This document shows, in pieces, positions 55,144 to 64,000 of a stretch of 64,000 nt of DNA. The position numbers were made by a program, and so were the translations under genes. Source of the DNA: an uncultured Gemmatimonadales bacterium (GTDB taxonomy: Bacteria > Gemmatimonadota > Gemmatimonadetes > Longimicrobiales > Longimicrobiaceae). Within the stretch, counting starts at the first letter, position 1, and every line of letters begins with the position of its first letter. The notes below the pieces were generated by a model that was not told where the DNA came from, searched no databases, and worked only from the letters and a program-made list of their open reading frames with translations. Location: positions 3,040,001 through 3,104,000 of the forward strand of contig OY970303.1 in assembly GCA_963716255.1 (NCBI GenBank), in the 5' to 3' direction.

Positions 55144-56004
55144 TCAGGCCGGCCTGCGCGCCGCGACGCCGTACATCAGCGGCATCTCCGGCACCCCCTC
55201 GGGCGGGGCCCAGCGCCGCCCCGGCAGGGCGCGCATCCCCCGGAACGGCGCGTACCCGTTGGAGTACGGCCACTCCCGCAGCGACTCCAGCGCCAGCCCC
55301 GCCTCCAGCAGCGCCGTGACCACGTCCGCCACCCCCCAGGCGAACTCGTGGGACGGGTGCGGGTTGCGGAAGTCCACCACCCCCGGGCGCCCCTCCGCCC
55401 CGTGGAGGAGCCCGTCGCCCGACGCCGCCACGTAGTCGCCGACGCCGTCGTCGCAGGGGATGGCCCGCCCGCCGCTCGAGTACGGAAAGGACAGGCGCAT
55501 CCCCTCGTCGAACATGGCGGCCGCGGGGTGGAACTCCACCAGCACGAAGCGCCCGCCCGGCGCCAGCACCCCCGCGATCCCGCGCGCCCACGCCCGCAGC
55601 TCCGAGAGCCAGCAGACCGCGCCGTACGACGAGAAGGCCAGGTCGAAGCGGCGCCCCGCGCGGCCCGCCTCCTCCAGCCAGTCGTACACGTCCGCCCGCT
55701 CGAACTCCGCACCGGTCCCCGACTCCGCCGCCAGCCGCCGAGCGAACGCCACCGCCTCGTCGCTGATGTCCACGCCCGTGGCGAGCGCGCCCAGCGCCGC
55801 CAGGCTCAGCGTGTCCTGCCCCGCGTTGCACTGCAGGTGGAGCAGCCTGCGGCCGGACACGTCGCCCAGCAGGGCGCGCTCCTCGGGGAAGAGCGTGCTC
55901 CCGCCGGCGCGCAGCCACGCCGCCTGGTCGCCCTTGTGCGAGTTGTGGGCCGGGGTCGCCGCGTTCCAGGAGAGGCGGTTCGCCTCGTGCGCATCCCGCC
56001 GCAC
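55144..56004 (-). CDS. Class I SAM-dependent methyltransferase
   Basis: LLHLQCNAGQDT, GVDIS, FDLAFSSYG, LAPGGRFVLVEFHP. Confidence 0.88.
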   Translation of the reverse strand: MRRDAHEANRLSWNAATPAHNSHKGDQAAWLRAGGSTLFPEERALLGDVSGRRLLHLQCNAGQDTLSLAALGALATGVDISDEAVAFARRLAAESGTGAEFERADVYDWLEEAGRAGRRFDLAFSSYGAVCWLSELRAWARGIAGVLAPGGRFVLVEFHPAAAMFDEGMRLSFPYSSGGRAIPCDDGVGDYVAASGDGLLHGAEGRPGVVDFRNPHPSHEFAWGVADVVTALLEAGLALESLREWPYSNGYAPFRGMRALPGRRWAPPEGVPEMPLMYGVAARRPA

Positions 56005-56012
56005 CGCCGCGC

Positions 56013-56588
56013 CTACCGCGCCCGGGAGCCCGGGCCGGCCGCGGCGAGGCGGGCGGCCAGCAGCTCCTCCACGCGCTTCTCCAGCCGCCCGGTGGACACG
56101 CACATCACCGCGTCCGTGCTCGTCCCCGCCACCGGCCTCGCCGAGCCGCCCACCTGCGTCGTCACCCAGGTCCGCTCCCCGTCCGGCCGGATGGTCACCA
56201 GTACGGAAAGCTGCGTACGGTAGGCCGCCGCCGCCGAGGGGCCCGCGCCCGACTGGTTGCCGCAGCGCACCCAGGCCGCCGCCCTCTCGCCCCCCACCCG
56301 CGGCGCGGTGATGCTCCGGTGCCCGAAGACCAGCCCGTCCCGGTCCATCCCCGCGTCCGCCACCCCCAGGTCGCGGAACACCGCCGGGAGCAGCGCGCGC
56401 ACCCGGTCGGCGCGGGCGCCCACGTGGTGGGTCGCGCCCGCGTCGTCGTTGCGGAGCCGGAAGGAGATCCCCGAGGAGGTCTCGGTGATCTGCGGCTCCG
56501 GCCCGGCGGGCACTGTCCCCGGGGTGCCGGCGGCCGGCGCGCAGGCGGCCAGGAGCACGGCGAGCAGCGTGGGGGCTGGATGGCGCAT
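56013..56588 (-). CDS. Hypothetical lipoprotein
   Basis: Lipobox LLAAC; C-terminal CVSTGRLE. Confidence 0.75.
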   Translation of the reverse strand: MRHPAPTLLAVLLAACAPAAGTPGTVPAGPEPQITETSSGISFRLRNDDAGATHHVGARADRVRALLPAVFRDLGVADAGMDRDGLVFGHRSITAPRVGGERAAAWVRCGNQSGAGPSAAAAYRTQLSVLVTIRPDGERTWVTTQVGGSARPVAGTSTDAVMCVSTGRLEKRVEELLAARLAAAGPGSRAR

Positions 56589-56747
56589 GGCAGGACTCCG
56601 TTGCGGGTGCGGTGGAAGGAGACCGGCGCCCGGCGGCGGCGAAGCGGGGTCAACCGGGAGTGGGCCGGAAATGAAAGATGCCTGCCGGGCCGCGGGGCCC
56701 GACAGGCAAGATGGCGCGCGGAAAACACGCCGGAAAGAGCCTCGGCG

Positions 56748-58211
56748 TCAGCCGGCCGTGCCCGCCACCACGCGCTTGGCCTGCGTGCCCGCCTCCAGCA
56801 CCGCGCTCCCGTCCGCCACCCCGTTCGCGATCGCCAGCTCCGCCAGCGGAATCGTCGAGGGGTAGCGCTGGTTGAACTCCGCCAGCGTCATGCGCCGGTC
56901 CACGCGCACCACCCGGATCCGGGTGGGCTGCACCGCCAGCGCCCGGGGGTCGGTGAGCTGCGCGAAGCTCCCCACCGTCTGCCGGAATAGCGCGTCGTAC
57001 GCCCCCAGCTGCCCGCTCCCGGTGTAGGAGATCACCTCGTAGACGCGCCCGCCGTACGAGATCCACGCCGCCACCCCCTCCACCACCCCCTGCTGCGTCT
57101 GCGCGCGGAAGTAGCCCACCACGGCGGGGAGCCCGCCCACCGTCTCGCGCCCCGTCTGCCCCTGCTGCACCCCCTGCGCAAAGAAGCGCTGCGCCGCCGC
57201 CTCCGGGCTGGCCACCCCCTCCGCCAGGGTGAGCTGCATCACCGCGTCCTGGCGCGGGCTCACCGCCGTCACCGCCTGCGGCAGGTTCTGCGTCGCCCAC
57301 CCCTGCGGAAAAGTGACGCGGAACCGCAGCTCCGGGTGCTGAAAGACCCCGCCCTGGAAGAAGCCGTTGCGCGGGTTCTCGCCGTACGCCAGCCCGTCGA
57401 TGCGCTGCAGGTACTCCGCCCGGCGCCCCACCAGCCCCGGCGGGAGGTTTGCCGTGTCGAGCCGCGCCTGCACCGCGCGGATCCGCTCCGCCGGGGCGGG
57501 GTGCGTGGACAGCCACGAGGGGAGCGGGCTCTGCCCCTCCGCCTCCCCCACCCGCTGCAGGGCCGCGAACACGTCCGCCATCTCCCGCACGTCGTAGCCC
57601 TGCGAGCGGGCGTAGCGGAAGCCCAGGTCGTCCGCCTGGCGCTCCGCGTCGCGGCCATGGCTCAGGAACAGGAGCTGGAGCCCCCCGGAGGCCAGCCCGC
57701 CCAGCTGCTGCGCCGCCCCCGGGAAGAGGATGGAGCCCACCCCCAGCCCGATCTGCGCCAGCTGCGCGCGGCTGATCTGCGTCGCCGAGTGGCGCGCCGT
57801 CACGTGGCCGATCTCGTGCCCCAGCACGCTCGCCAGCTCCGCCTCCGAGTTGACGACCCCCAGCAGCCCGCGGGTGACGAAGATGAAGCCGCCGGGAAGC
57901 GCGAACGCGTTGGGCGTGGCGTCGTCCACCACCCGGAAGCTCCAGGGCAGGCCCGGCCTTTCCGAGCGCGCCGCCAGCCCCGCCCCGATACGCTGCACGT
58001 AGTCCTGGAGCGCCTTGTCCTCCACCAGCCCGATGCTCTGCGCCGCCTCCTGCGAGGCCTGCTGCCCGATCTGGATCTCCTGCGACTCCGACACCAGCGA
58101 CAGCTGCCTCTGTCCCGTCACGGGGTTCACCGCGCAGCCCGCGAGCGGCATCATTGCGCAGAGCGCGGCGAGCAGGAGCGTCGCCTGGGGCAAGCGGAGC
58201 GTGGGGGCCAT
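56748..58211 (-). CDS. M48 family zinc metalloprotease lipoprotein with C-terminal LysM-like part
   Basis: LAGCAVNPVTG, NAFALPGG, HEIGH, ERQADDLG, LSTHP. Confidence 0.9.
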   Translation of the reverse strand: MAPTLRLPQATLLLAALCAMMPLAGCAVNPVTGQRQLSLVSESQEIQIGQQASQEAAQSIGLVEDKALQDYVQRIGAGLAARSERPGLPWSFRVVDDATPNAFALPGGFIFVTRGLLGVVNSEAELASVLGHEIGHVTARHSATQISRAQLAQIGLGVGSILFPGAAQQLGGLASGGLQLLFLSHGRDAERQADDLGFRYARSQGYDVREMADVFAALQRVGEAEGQSPLPSWLSTHPAPAERIRAVQARLDTANLPPGLVGRRAEYLQRIDGLAYGENPRNGFFQGGVFQHPELRFRVTFPQGWATQNLPQAVTAVSPRQDAVMQLTLAEGVASPEAAAQRFFAQGVQQGQTGRETVGGLPAVVGYFRAQTQQGVVEGVAAWISYGGRVYEVISYTGSGQLGAYDALFRQTVGSFAQLTDPRALAVQPTRIRVVRVDRRMTLAEFNQRYPSTIPLAELAIANGVADGSAVLEAGTQAKRVVAGTAG

Positions 58212-58319
58212 GCCGATCCTCCGGTTCGGGTCGTGTTTTATTCCGGGGGCGGGGAGCAAGAAGCGCTCCCATGGCACAGGGAACGGCACCGGATTACAGC
58301 GGGTTTGGGCGTGTCCCCG

Positions 58320-58575
58320 GCTGGCGCCGGGGTCGGGCTTCGGCTCCGTAAGCCCGCAAACGACGCGGGCTAACGGAGTCGAGCCCCGACGATACTGCTG
58401 TCGGGTCTCGCCCCTTCGGGCCGAAATCCCTCACGCGACGGCAGGCCCCCTCCCCCCGGCCCCCTCCCCCGCAGGCGGGGGAGGGGGAGCACCACACCAA
58501 ACCCGCAGTTGGCCCCTCTCCCAGAATTGGAAGTGGAGGGCGAGCCTCGCGCGAGCCAGGTGAGGGCCCGCCGTT
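58320..58575. repeat. Cluster of REP-like palindromic intergenic elements
   Basis: CCCCCTCCCCCGC-AG-GCGGGGGAGGGGG hairpin and neighbouring imperfect inverted repeats in a non-coding gap. Confidence 0.45.
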
Positions 58576-58594
58576 GCAGGCAGTTCCCTGTTCC

Positions 58595-59680
58595 CTACAC
58601 GTGCGCGTCCGCGTCGAACCCCAGCGCGTCCAGCAGGCGGTTGAACGCTGCCGGCGGCAGGTGCCCGCCGGAGGCCTGGTCGTGGCCGTTGCCGTAGTTG
58701 GGGCCGGCGCCGTGCGGGCCCAGGTCCACCGAGCGGAGGATGGAGGGGAGGACCAGGTCGGCGCGCGCCGTGCGCATGCTGAAGGCGACCACGCCCGGGA
58801 GGTAGCCGCGGTTCGCCGCCAGGACCGCGAACCTGGGGAGGCGGCCGCGCCACTGCTGTGCGATCAGCGGGTGGATCTGGCAGGGGGAGTCCAGGTGGAG
58901 CAGAGCGAAGGTGCCCTCCGCGGCGAACCGGGGGGCCGCGCGGCGCGCCTTCGCCAGCTCCGCGGCGACCTCGGCGCGGTAGGCGCGCAGCCGGTCCGCC
59001 CCGCGGGCATCGTCCTCCACCAGCGCCCGGGGACCGTCCGCCTCCAGCAGCAGCCGCAGCGGCGTCGCCACGTCGAACTCGCGCGCCCGCCGGGCCGCAT
59101 TGACCAGCACCACCGCTTCCTTGAGCCACTTCGCCGTGTGCCGCTTCTTCGCGGCGGGCAGCGCCGGCCAGGGGGCGCGGTCGCCCAGGTCGCTCAGCGT
59201 TCCCACCGCCGCGATCCAGTCCAGGTCCGCGACGTCGGCCAGGGGGAGGAGGAGGTCGTACGCCATCCACCCCGAAGCGGGGATCGGGTCCCACCCGTAG
59301 CCGGAGACCACCACGGCGCCCTCCGGCTCCCCCTCCGGACGGTGGTGGTCCACGTACAGCGTGGGGACGCCGGGCAGCACCCCGGCGCGGTTCACCCCCA
59401 GGTCGGCCACGATCAGCGCATCCGGATGCATCGCCGCCAGCCGCCCGCGTGCCGCCTCGCCGAACGCCGATTCCCCCCGGTCCGAGTGCACCACCCGCAC
59501 GTCCCGGAAGCCCAGCCGGTGCAGCCCCCTCCCCAGCAGCGCCCCCGCCGCCAGCCCGTCCGCGTCGAAGTGGCAGAACACCACCACGCGCGCGGAGGGG
59601 TCCAGGCGGTGCAGGAAGGCGGCGAACGCCGCGCGCGCCGGACCGAGGGCGTCCTCCATGGGGACGGGCATGGGCATCAC
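58595..59680 (-). CDS. DHH family phosphoesterase
   Basis: HFDADG, IVADLG, VDHH, GTLSDLG, GHDQASGG. Confidence 0.85.
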   Translation of the reverse strand: MMPMPVPMEDALGPARAAFAAFLHRLDPSARVVVFCHFDADGLAAGALLGRGLHRLGFRDVRVVHSDRGESAFGEAARGRLAAMHPDALIVADLGVNRAGVLPGVPTLYVDHHRPEGEPEGAVVVSGYGWDPIPASGWMAYDLLLPLADVADLDWIAAVGTLSDLGDRAPWPALPAAKKRHTAKWLKEAVVLVNAARRAREFDVATPLRLLLEADGPRALVEDDARGADRLRAYRAEVAAELAKARRAAPRFAAEGTFALLHLDSPCQIHPLIAQQWRGRLPRFAVLAANRGYLPGVVAFSMRTARADLVLPSILRSVDLGPHGAGPNYGNGHDQASGGHLPPAAFNRLLDALGFDADAHV

Positions 59681-59740
59681 GCGGGCAGGGGGATCGGGGA
59701 GCGAAACGGCCGGCGCCGCACCCGGAAGATCCGGGCCCGT

Positions 59741-60121
59741 TCAGCCGGGTTCTCCCTGGCCCGCGGCCCACGCGGCCTGCACCACGGCCGTCCCCACCGC
59801 GTCCACGCCCGGGAAACCGTTCTCGAAGAGCAGGTCCACGTTGCCGAAAAAGGCCGCGAGCAGCCCCGGGTCGCCCCCCAGGAGCAGGGCGGCCGCGTCC
59901 GGCCCGCCGCCCTCCCCCGGTGGGGCCGCCGCCGCCTTCAGGACGCGGATCGCGCGGAGTGCCACCTTCCTTTCGCGCGCCGGGGAGCGGTCACGCCCGC
60001 CCGGCACCAGCGGCGAGCCGAGCTGCGCCGCCACCGCTTCCAGGAAAGGGAGCGCCGCCCCTCCCGCCTCGGTTCCCAGCTCCGCCTCCGCCAGCGCCGC
60101 TACCATCCCTTCGTCGCTCAT
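59741..60121 (-). CDS. Hypothetical protein, 126 aa
   Basis: [11 protein letters not shown] before ATG 60121. Confidence 0.55.
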   Translation of the reverse strand: MSDEGMVAALAEAELGTEAGGAALPFLEAVAAQLGSPLVPGGRDRSPARERKVALRAIRVLKAAAAPPGEGGGPDAAALLLGGDPGLLAAFFGNVDLLFENGFPGVDAVGTAVVQAAWAAGQGEPG

Positions 60122-60434
60122 GCCTCCTCCCCGGGTTCGTCGAATCCACGCGGCCAAAAAGGTTGGAGCGCCCCGGGCTACGGGCGCAAGCCGGGCGGGG
60201 GCAGACGGCGATCCGGCACAGCAAGCCTTCCAATCTACCGGATATTGGGCTATATTGTTCACCTGCAATCACTTGAACGATGGCGACGCGTCCGGCTGGC
60301 ACCATCCCTGCACTATCCCCGGTGTCCCCACGCACCGCGACCCGGGGGTCCGGAAGCCGGAAGTCCAGCAGATCCGCGGTGTTTCGGCGCCCCGAGGGGC
60401 GCGAACTGGTTCAGCGAACAGCAGGAGTTGGCTC

Positions 60435-60980
60435 ATGCGTGTCCTCAATCTCGCCCTCGTCCTGTCCACCGTGGTGGGCACCGCCGCCTGCGATCGCCAG
60501 GCCGCGCCCGCGCCGTCGGACCTGAGCTGGCTCGACACGCTCGAGCTGCAGAGCACCCCGGCGCAGGCCGTCGTGTCTCCCATGGAGCTCGGGCTGGTCC
60601 ACACGGCGCACGTGGAAACCCCTGCGCCCGCGCCGGAGGTGGAAGCCGTGGAGGAAGCGCCGGTGAAGACCGCGGCGCGCTCGTCGTCCAGCTCCAGCAG
60701 CAGCCGCTCGTCCAGCCGCCGCAGCTCGGGCACCTACTCCAGCGGCAGCTCCGGCGGCGGGTACGAGGCCCCGGCCCCGCGGGCTCGCACGGTGACCCGC
60801 AAGAACACCAAGCGTGACGCGGCCGTGGGCGCGGTGGTCGGCGCCGGCGTGGGCGCGGTCGCGGGCGGGTCGCGCCACCGGGTCAAGGGCGCGCTGATCG
60901 GCGCCGCCGTGGGCGGCATCGCCGGCGCGGTGATCGGCAACAACGTGGACAAGTCGACCCGCACGGTGTACGACTACTGA
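60435..60980 (+). CDS. Glycine-zipper (YMGG-like) lipoprotein
   Basis: AGGAG RBS; TAAC lipobox; Ser-rich linker; KRDAAVGAVVGAGVGA...GALIGAAVGGIAGAVIG. Confidence 0.8.
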   Translation: MRVLNLALVLSTVVGTAACDRQAAPAPSDLSWLDTLELQSTPAQAVVSPMELGLVHTAHVETPAPAPEVEAVEEAPVKTAARSSSSSSSSRSSSRRSSGTYSSGSSGGGYEAPAPRARTVTRKNTKRDAAVGAVVGAGVGAVAGGSRHRVKGALIGAAVGGIAGAVIGNNVDKSTRTVYDY

Positions 60981-61097
60981 CGGGCGGTCGGCCCCCGGGC
61001 TCCCGGCGCCCCCATCCCCCCGCGGGACGGGGGCGCCGCCGCTTCCGAACGGAGGCTCGCCCGCAAGCTCATGCGCGGCAGGGAGTTGCGCGAGGCC

Positions 61098-61125
61098 TTG
61101 ACGCCAGGGCGGATTTTTATATGTT
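61098..61125 (+). promoter_or_regulatory. Probable promoter of the tRNA operon
   Basis: TTGACG-N16-TATGTT about 20 nt before tRNA-Lys. Confidence 0.5.
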
Positions 61126-61146
61126 TGTGCCCCGCAACAATTTGAA

Positions 61147-61219
<73 letters not shown>

Positions 61220-61243
61220 CTGGGAAAAACATAGGTTGGTTGT

Positions 61244-61317
<74 letters not shown>

Positions 61318-61325
61318 CCTGGTAT

Positions 61326-61409
61326 GCTCCGGTGGCGGAATTGGTAGACGCGCTAGATTCAGGATCTAGTGGGCGTAAGCCCGTGGAGGTTCGAGTCCTC
61401 TCCAGAGCA
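61326..61409 (+). tRNA. tRNA-Leu(CAG)
   Basis: CTAGA-TTCAGGA-TCTAG, long variable arm; one C-A mismatch in the acceptor stem. Confidence 0.92.
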
Positions 61410-61417
61410 TTGGTGCT

Positions 61418-61490
61418 GCCCCGTTCGTCTAGTGGCCTAGGACAACGCCCTCTCACGGCGTAAACAGGGGTTCGATTCCCCTACGGGGTA
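61418..61490 (+). tRNA. tRNA-Glu(CTC)
   Basis: ACGCC-CTCTCAC-GGCGT anticodon arm, GGTTCGATTCC. Confidence 0.94.
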
Positions 61491-61501
61491 CTGCGGGAAA
61501 C

Positions 61502-61574
61502 GCGGGAGTAGCTCAGTTGGTAGAGCATCAGCTTCCCAAGCTGAGGGTCGCGGGTTCGAGCCCCGTCTCCCGCT
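61502..61574 (+). tRNA. tRNA-Gly(CCC)
   Basis: TCAGC-TTCCCAA-GCTGA; GCGGGAG/CTCCCGC acceptor stem. Confidence 0.95.
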
Positions 61575-61580
61575 TCGTTT

Positions 61581-61654
61581 GCCCACTTAGCTCAGTTGGT
61601 TAGAGCATCTGACTGTTAATCAGAGGGTCCCAGGTTCGAGTCCTGGAGTGGGCG
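61581..61654 (+). tRNA. tRNA-Asn(GTT)
   Basis: TCTGA-CTGTTAA-TCAGA; G discriminator. Confidence 0.94.
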
Positions 61655-61666
61655 CTTGCTAAGTCG

Positions 61667-61700
61667 AGCCCCGGCAGCCATTTAGGTTGCCGGGGCTTTT
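61667..61700 (+). terminator. Intrinsic terminator of the tRNA operon
   Basis: AGCCCCGGCAGCC-ATTTA-GGTTGCCGGGGCT followed by TTT. Confidence 0.8.
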
Positions 61701-62146
61701 CGCATCCTGCCGCCCGGTGGGAAAGGTGTGGGATAGGTTGCTAATGCGACCCCTCGCAGCGCCGCCGGCCCCGGTGCCCTCAGGTGCTGCCGCGTCTTCC
61801 GCCGCGCCTTGGCCGCACGCGCCCTCACCAGCTCTCTCTGCTGGTCCTCGTAGACCCGTTCGCGGGTGGACCTTCGGCGTGCACGCTCACCAGGTTCAGC
61901 GCCCGCGCACTGCTGCACCGTACCCGCGAAACCCGAGATTCGTCTGCCCGCGACGGCTAGCCCAAGGACGACACGGGAATGTTGTTCGGTGCCGAGCCGC
62001 GGGTTAATCTGTTCTCATACGCACTGCATGGAGGGTCGGACGCGGAGGTGTTCGGTGCCGGCCTCCGAGCCCCACTGACCAGATCGCGCGGACATCGCAG
62101 AACTGCGGGGTTGCGCGGGTACATTCACCACCCGGGAGAGGAGACG

Positions 62147-62845
62147 ATGCCGACGAATTCGTCAACGGAAACAGTTGTCGCAACGCCTTCGAGAGGCAGA
62201 GCCGCACTCCGCCTGCCCGGCGACGGTAGGCCCTGCTCCTGGATATGGCCCGCGCTGCGGACCGGGAGATCCAGGAAAGGCTGGGCGTGCGCGGTGATCA
62301 TCGCAGCCCTCCTTGGCGCCGCCACGCCCGCCCGGGCCAGGGCGTCGCAGCGCAGCGATGCGACCCCGGCCGCAACCGTCCAGGGAGCGGGCGGGGGGAG
62401 CTTTCTACCGGGGGCTGCGGCCGGATCGGCACCGGACACGATCCCCAGGCGCAGCTCTCTCCCCACGAGGGAGATGCGTGGGTTCCGCTTCCGGCTTCTC
62501 GGGTGTGAGCGCAGCAGCGCCTCGGTTCGGTGCACCCTCCAAGTGACCAGTCTCCGCGGGGACCGACCGCTCAGGCTCTGTGCTCAGTACGATTGCGGAG
62601 GCGATGCCGTCTCCGTCGCGTTTTCCGGGAGCGGGATCGACCACCGCGCCAAGCATGGGGTTCTGGGCTCGCGAAACAATTACGCGCAAGTTCGTAATGA
62701 ACTGATCGAAGGCGAGCCGATGAACGCCGCCGTGGATTTCCACGATGTGCCGACGAGAGCCTCGACCCTGACCCGTCTGCGCGTGGCGTTCGACGATGGA
62801 GACGGGGGCTTCTACGTTCCGTTCACACAGGTCAATATTCGGTGA
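62147..62845 (+). CDS. Hypothetical exported protein with C-terminal beta-sandwich domain
   Basis: GAGGAG RBS at ATG 62147; hydrophobic segment; LLGCERSSASVRCTLQV domain. Start uncertain. Confidence 0.6.
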   Translation: MPTNSSTETVVATPSRGRAALRLPGDGRPCSWIWPALRTGRSRKGWACAVIIAALLGAATPARARASQRSDATPAATVQGAGGGSFLPGAAAGSAPDTIPRRSSLPTREMRGFRFRLLGCERSSASVRCTLQVTSLRGDRPLRLCAQYDCGGDAVSVAFSGSGIDHRAKHGVLGSRNNYAQVRNELIEGEPMNAAVDFHDVPTRASTLTRLRVAFDDGDGGFYVPFTQVNIR

Positions 62846-62990
62846 GAACTCTGCCACGCCCGTGAGTTCTTCCTGGTTCGCTGCATGAGCGGTTTCCCGC
62901 TCGTGGTTGCCCTCCAATCCCCCCTGGCGAACACGGGGGAGCTGGTGCCGGGACAGCGGCTGCTACCCGTTGGGAGGAGGATGCACGAGG

Positions 62991-63608
62991 ATGAGGATAC
63001 CGAAGTGGTTGCATAGAAATTGGATCGCGCTCGCGGGCCTGCTTCTCACCGTGATGTCGGTCGTGGTGGCGGTCACCACGCCAGAGATCCGGATATGGCT
63101 TGAACTGCAGGAGGACGGCCCATCCCCGGAGCCGGGGAGCAGTCCAGCCACGGCCCCGGATTCCAGCGTTGACCCTGCCCCGGGGCCTGGGGTCAAGGTC
63201 GCCACTTCTCCGTCGGTGCGGATCATTCCGCTGCACGGGTACGACACCGGCTTGTCGGTTCAGGTCTCCGGTTGCGAGGCCGTGTTTTCCGCCGTGCGGT
63301 GCGACCTGCGGCTTCAGAACCACCTTCCTTTCGACCAGACGATCGGGCTCGGGACGGAAGGATCGTTCGCGGTCGACGCTCGTGGTTTTGACTACCCCGC
63401 CGGCTGGGTCACGCTGGGGACGGCGGGTAATCCTTCGAGCGCTGCAAGGCTCCTTCGGCCAGGCGTTTCGCTCACCGGGTCCGTCTCCTTCAACTCGATG
63501 ACCGCCGCTCGAGGCGAGGTGATCTCCCGGGTGCGGGTCGGGGTGGAGGTGGACAGCGTACATCATCTCGACTTTCCAAACGTCCTCATCAGCGAGACCG
63601 GGTCGTAG
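62991..63608 (+). CDS. Hypothetical membrane-anchored protein, same domain type as the upstream gene
   Basis: N-terminal TM helix, Pro/Ser linker, VSGCEAVFSAVRCDLRL. Confidence 0.65.
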   Translation: MRIPKWLHRNWIALAGLLLTVMSVVVAVTTPEIRIWLELQEDGPSPEPGSSPATAPDSSVDPAPGPGVKVATSPSVRIIPLHGYDTGLSVQVSGCEAVFSAVRCDLRLQNHLPFDQTIGLGTEGSFAVDARGFDYPAGWVTLGTAGNPSSAARLLRPGVSLTGSVSFNSMTAARGEVISRVRVGVEVDSVHHLDFPNVLISETGS

Positions 63609-63732
63609 CTGGAGCGCCCCGATGACAGGTGGGTTCGCTGGCGATTGGGCACTCGTCGGCGACGGAAAGGCCCGGGCCACTTGCGCGGCCAGGGCCTTTT
63701 GCATCCCCCTGCCGCGCGTGGCGCGGCCGGGG

Positions 63733-64000
63733 CTACGCCGGCTCGCCCGTGCCCAGCGCGTCGACGGCGGCCCGGTGGCAGGCGTCCAGCTCGTCGCTGC
63801 CGGTGACGCACATCCCCAGGTCGCGCACCAGGCCGTCCCGGATCCCGTACACCCACCCGTGCACCGCCAGGTCCTGCCCGCGCGCCCACGCGTCGCGCAC
63901 GATGGTGGTCTGGCTGACGTTGACCACCTGCTCGATGACGTTCAGCTCGCACAGGCGGTTCACCCGCGCGCCCTCGTCCGGGATGGCGGCCAGCTGCTCG
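63733..64000 (-). CDS. can: Beta-class carbonic anhydrase, 3' end only
   Basis: RLCELNVIEQV.NV..TTIV.DAW.RGQ...VHGWVYGI.DGL..DL. Confidence 0.88.
   Translation of the reverse strand, partial: EQLAAIPDEGARVNRLCELNVIEQVVNVSQTTIVRDAWARGQDLAVHGWVYGIRDGLVRDLGMCVTGSDELDACHRAAVDALGTGEPA

Noticed and set aside
61700..63700. Prophage or integrative element at the tRNA cluster
   Set aside because: No integrase, transposase or repeated tRNA 3' end found.

Overview
Very GC-rich bacterial DNA; gene content and repeat style suggest Gemmatimonadota (Longimicrobium-like), which is inference only. The left 38 kb is the 5' part of a minus-strand NRPS/PKS cluster. It comprises a 7-module NRPS (38201-15260, broken by two identical G7 frameshifts), a standalone Glu-type A-PCP, a hybrid KS-AT-KR0-ACP-C-A-PCP-E-C-A-PCP protein, and a further NRPS running off the left edge. 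A vanadium haloperoxidase and two tandem beta-helix paralogs (conserved ends, variable cores) are divergently transcribed and bracketed by three copies of one hairpin. The right part holds ackA, a secreted protein/trypsin-like protease pair, htpG, and an Lhr-core helicase/pdeM pair split by two TA-type modules. It continues with several envelope/hypothetical genes, a six-tRNA operon, two related secreted proteins and the end of a beta-carbonic anhydrase. The most notable signals are: two different carrier proteins with the same KS-type docking tail ahead of one KS; fossil docking domains inside the giant NRPS; an AGTGCG repeat family inserted in-frame at the same A-domain loop; and the haloperoxidase/beta-helix operon with a tandem-terminator leader.
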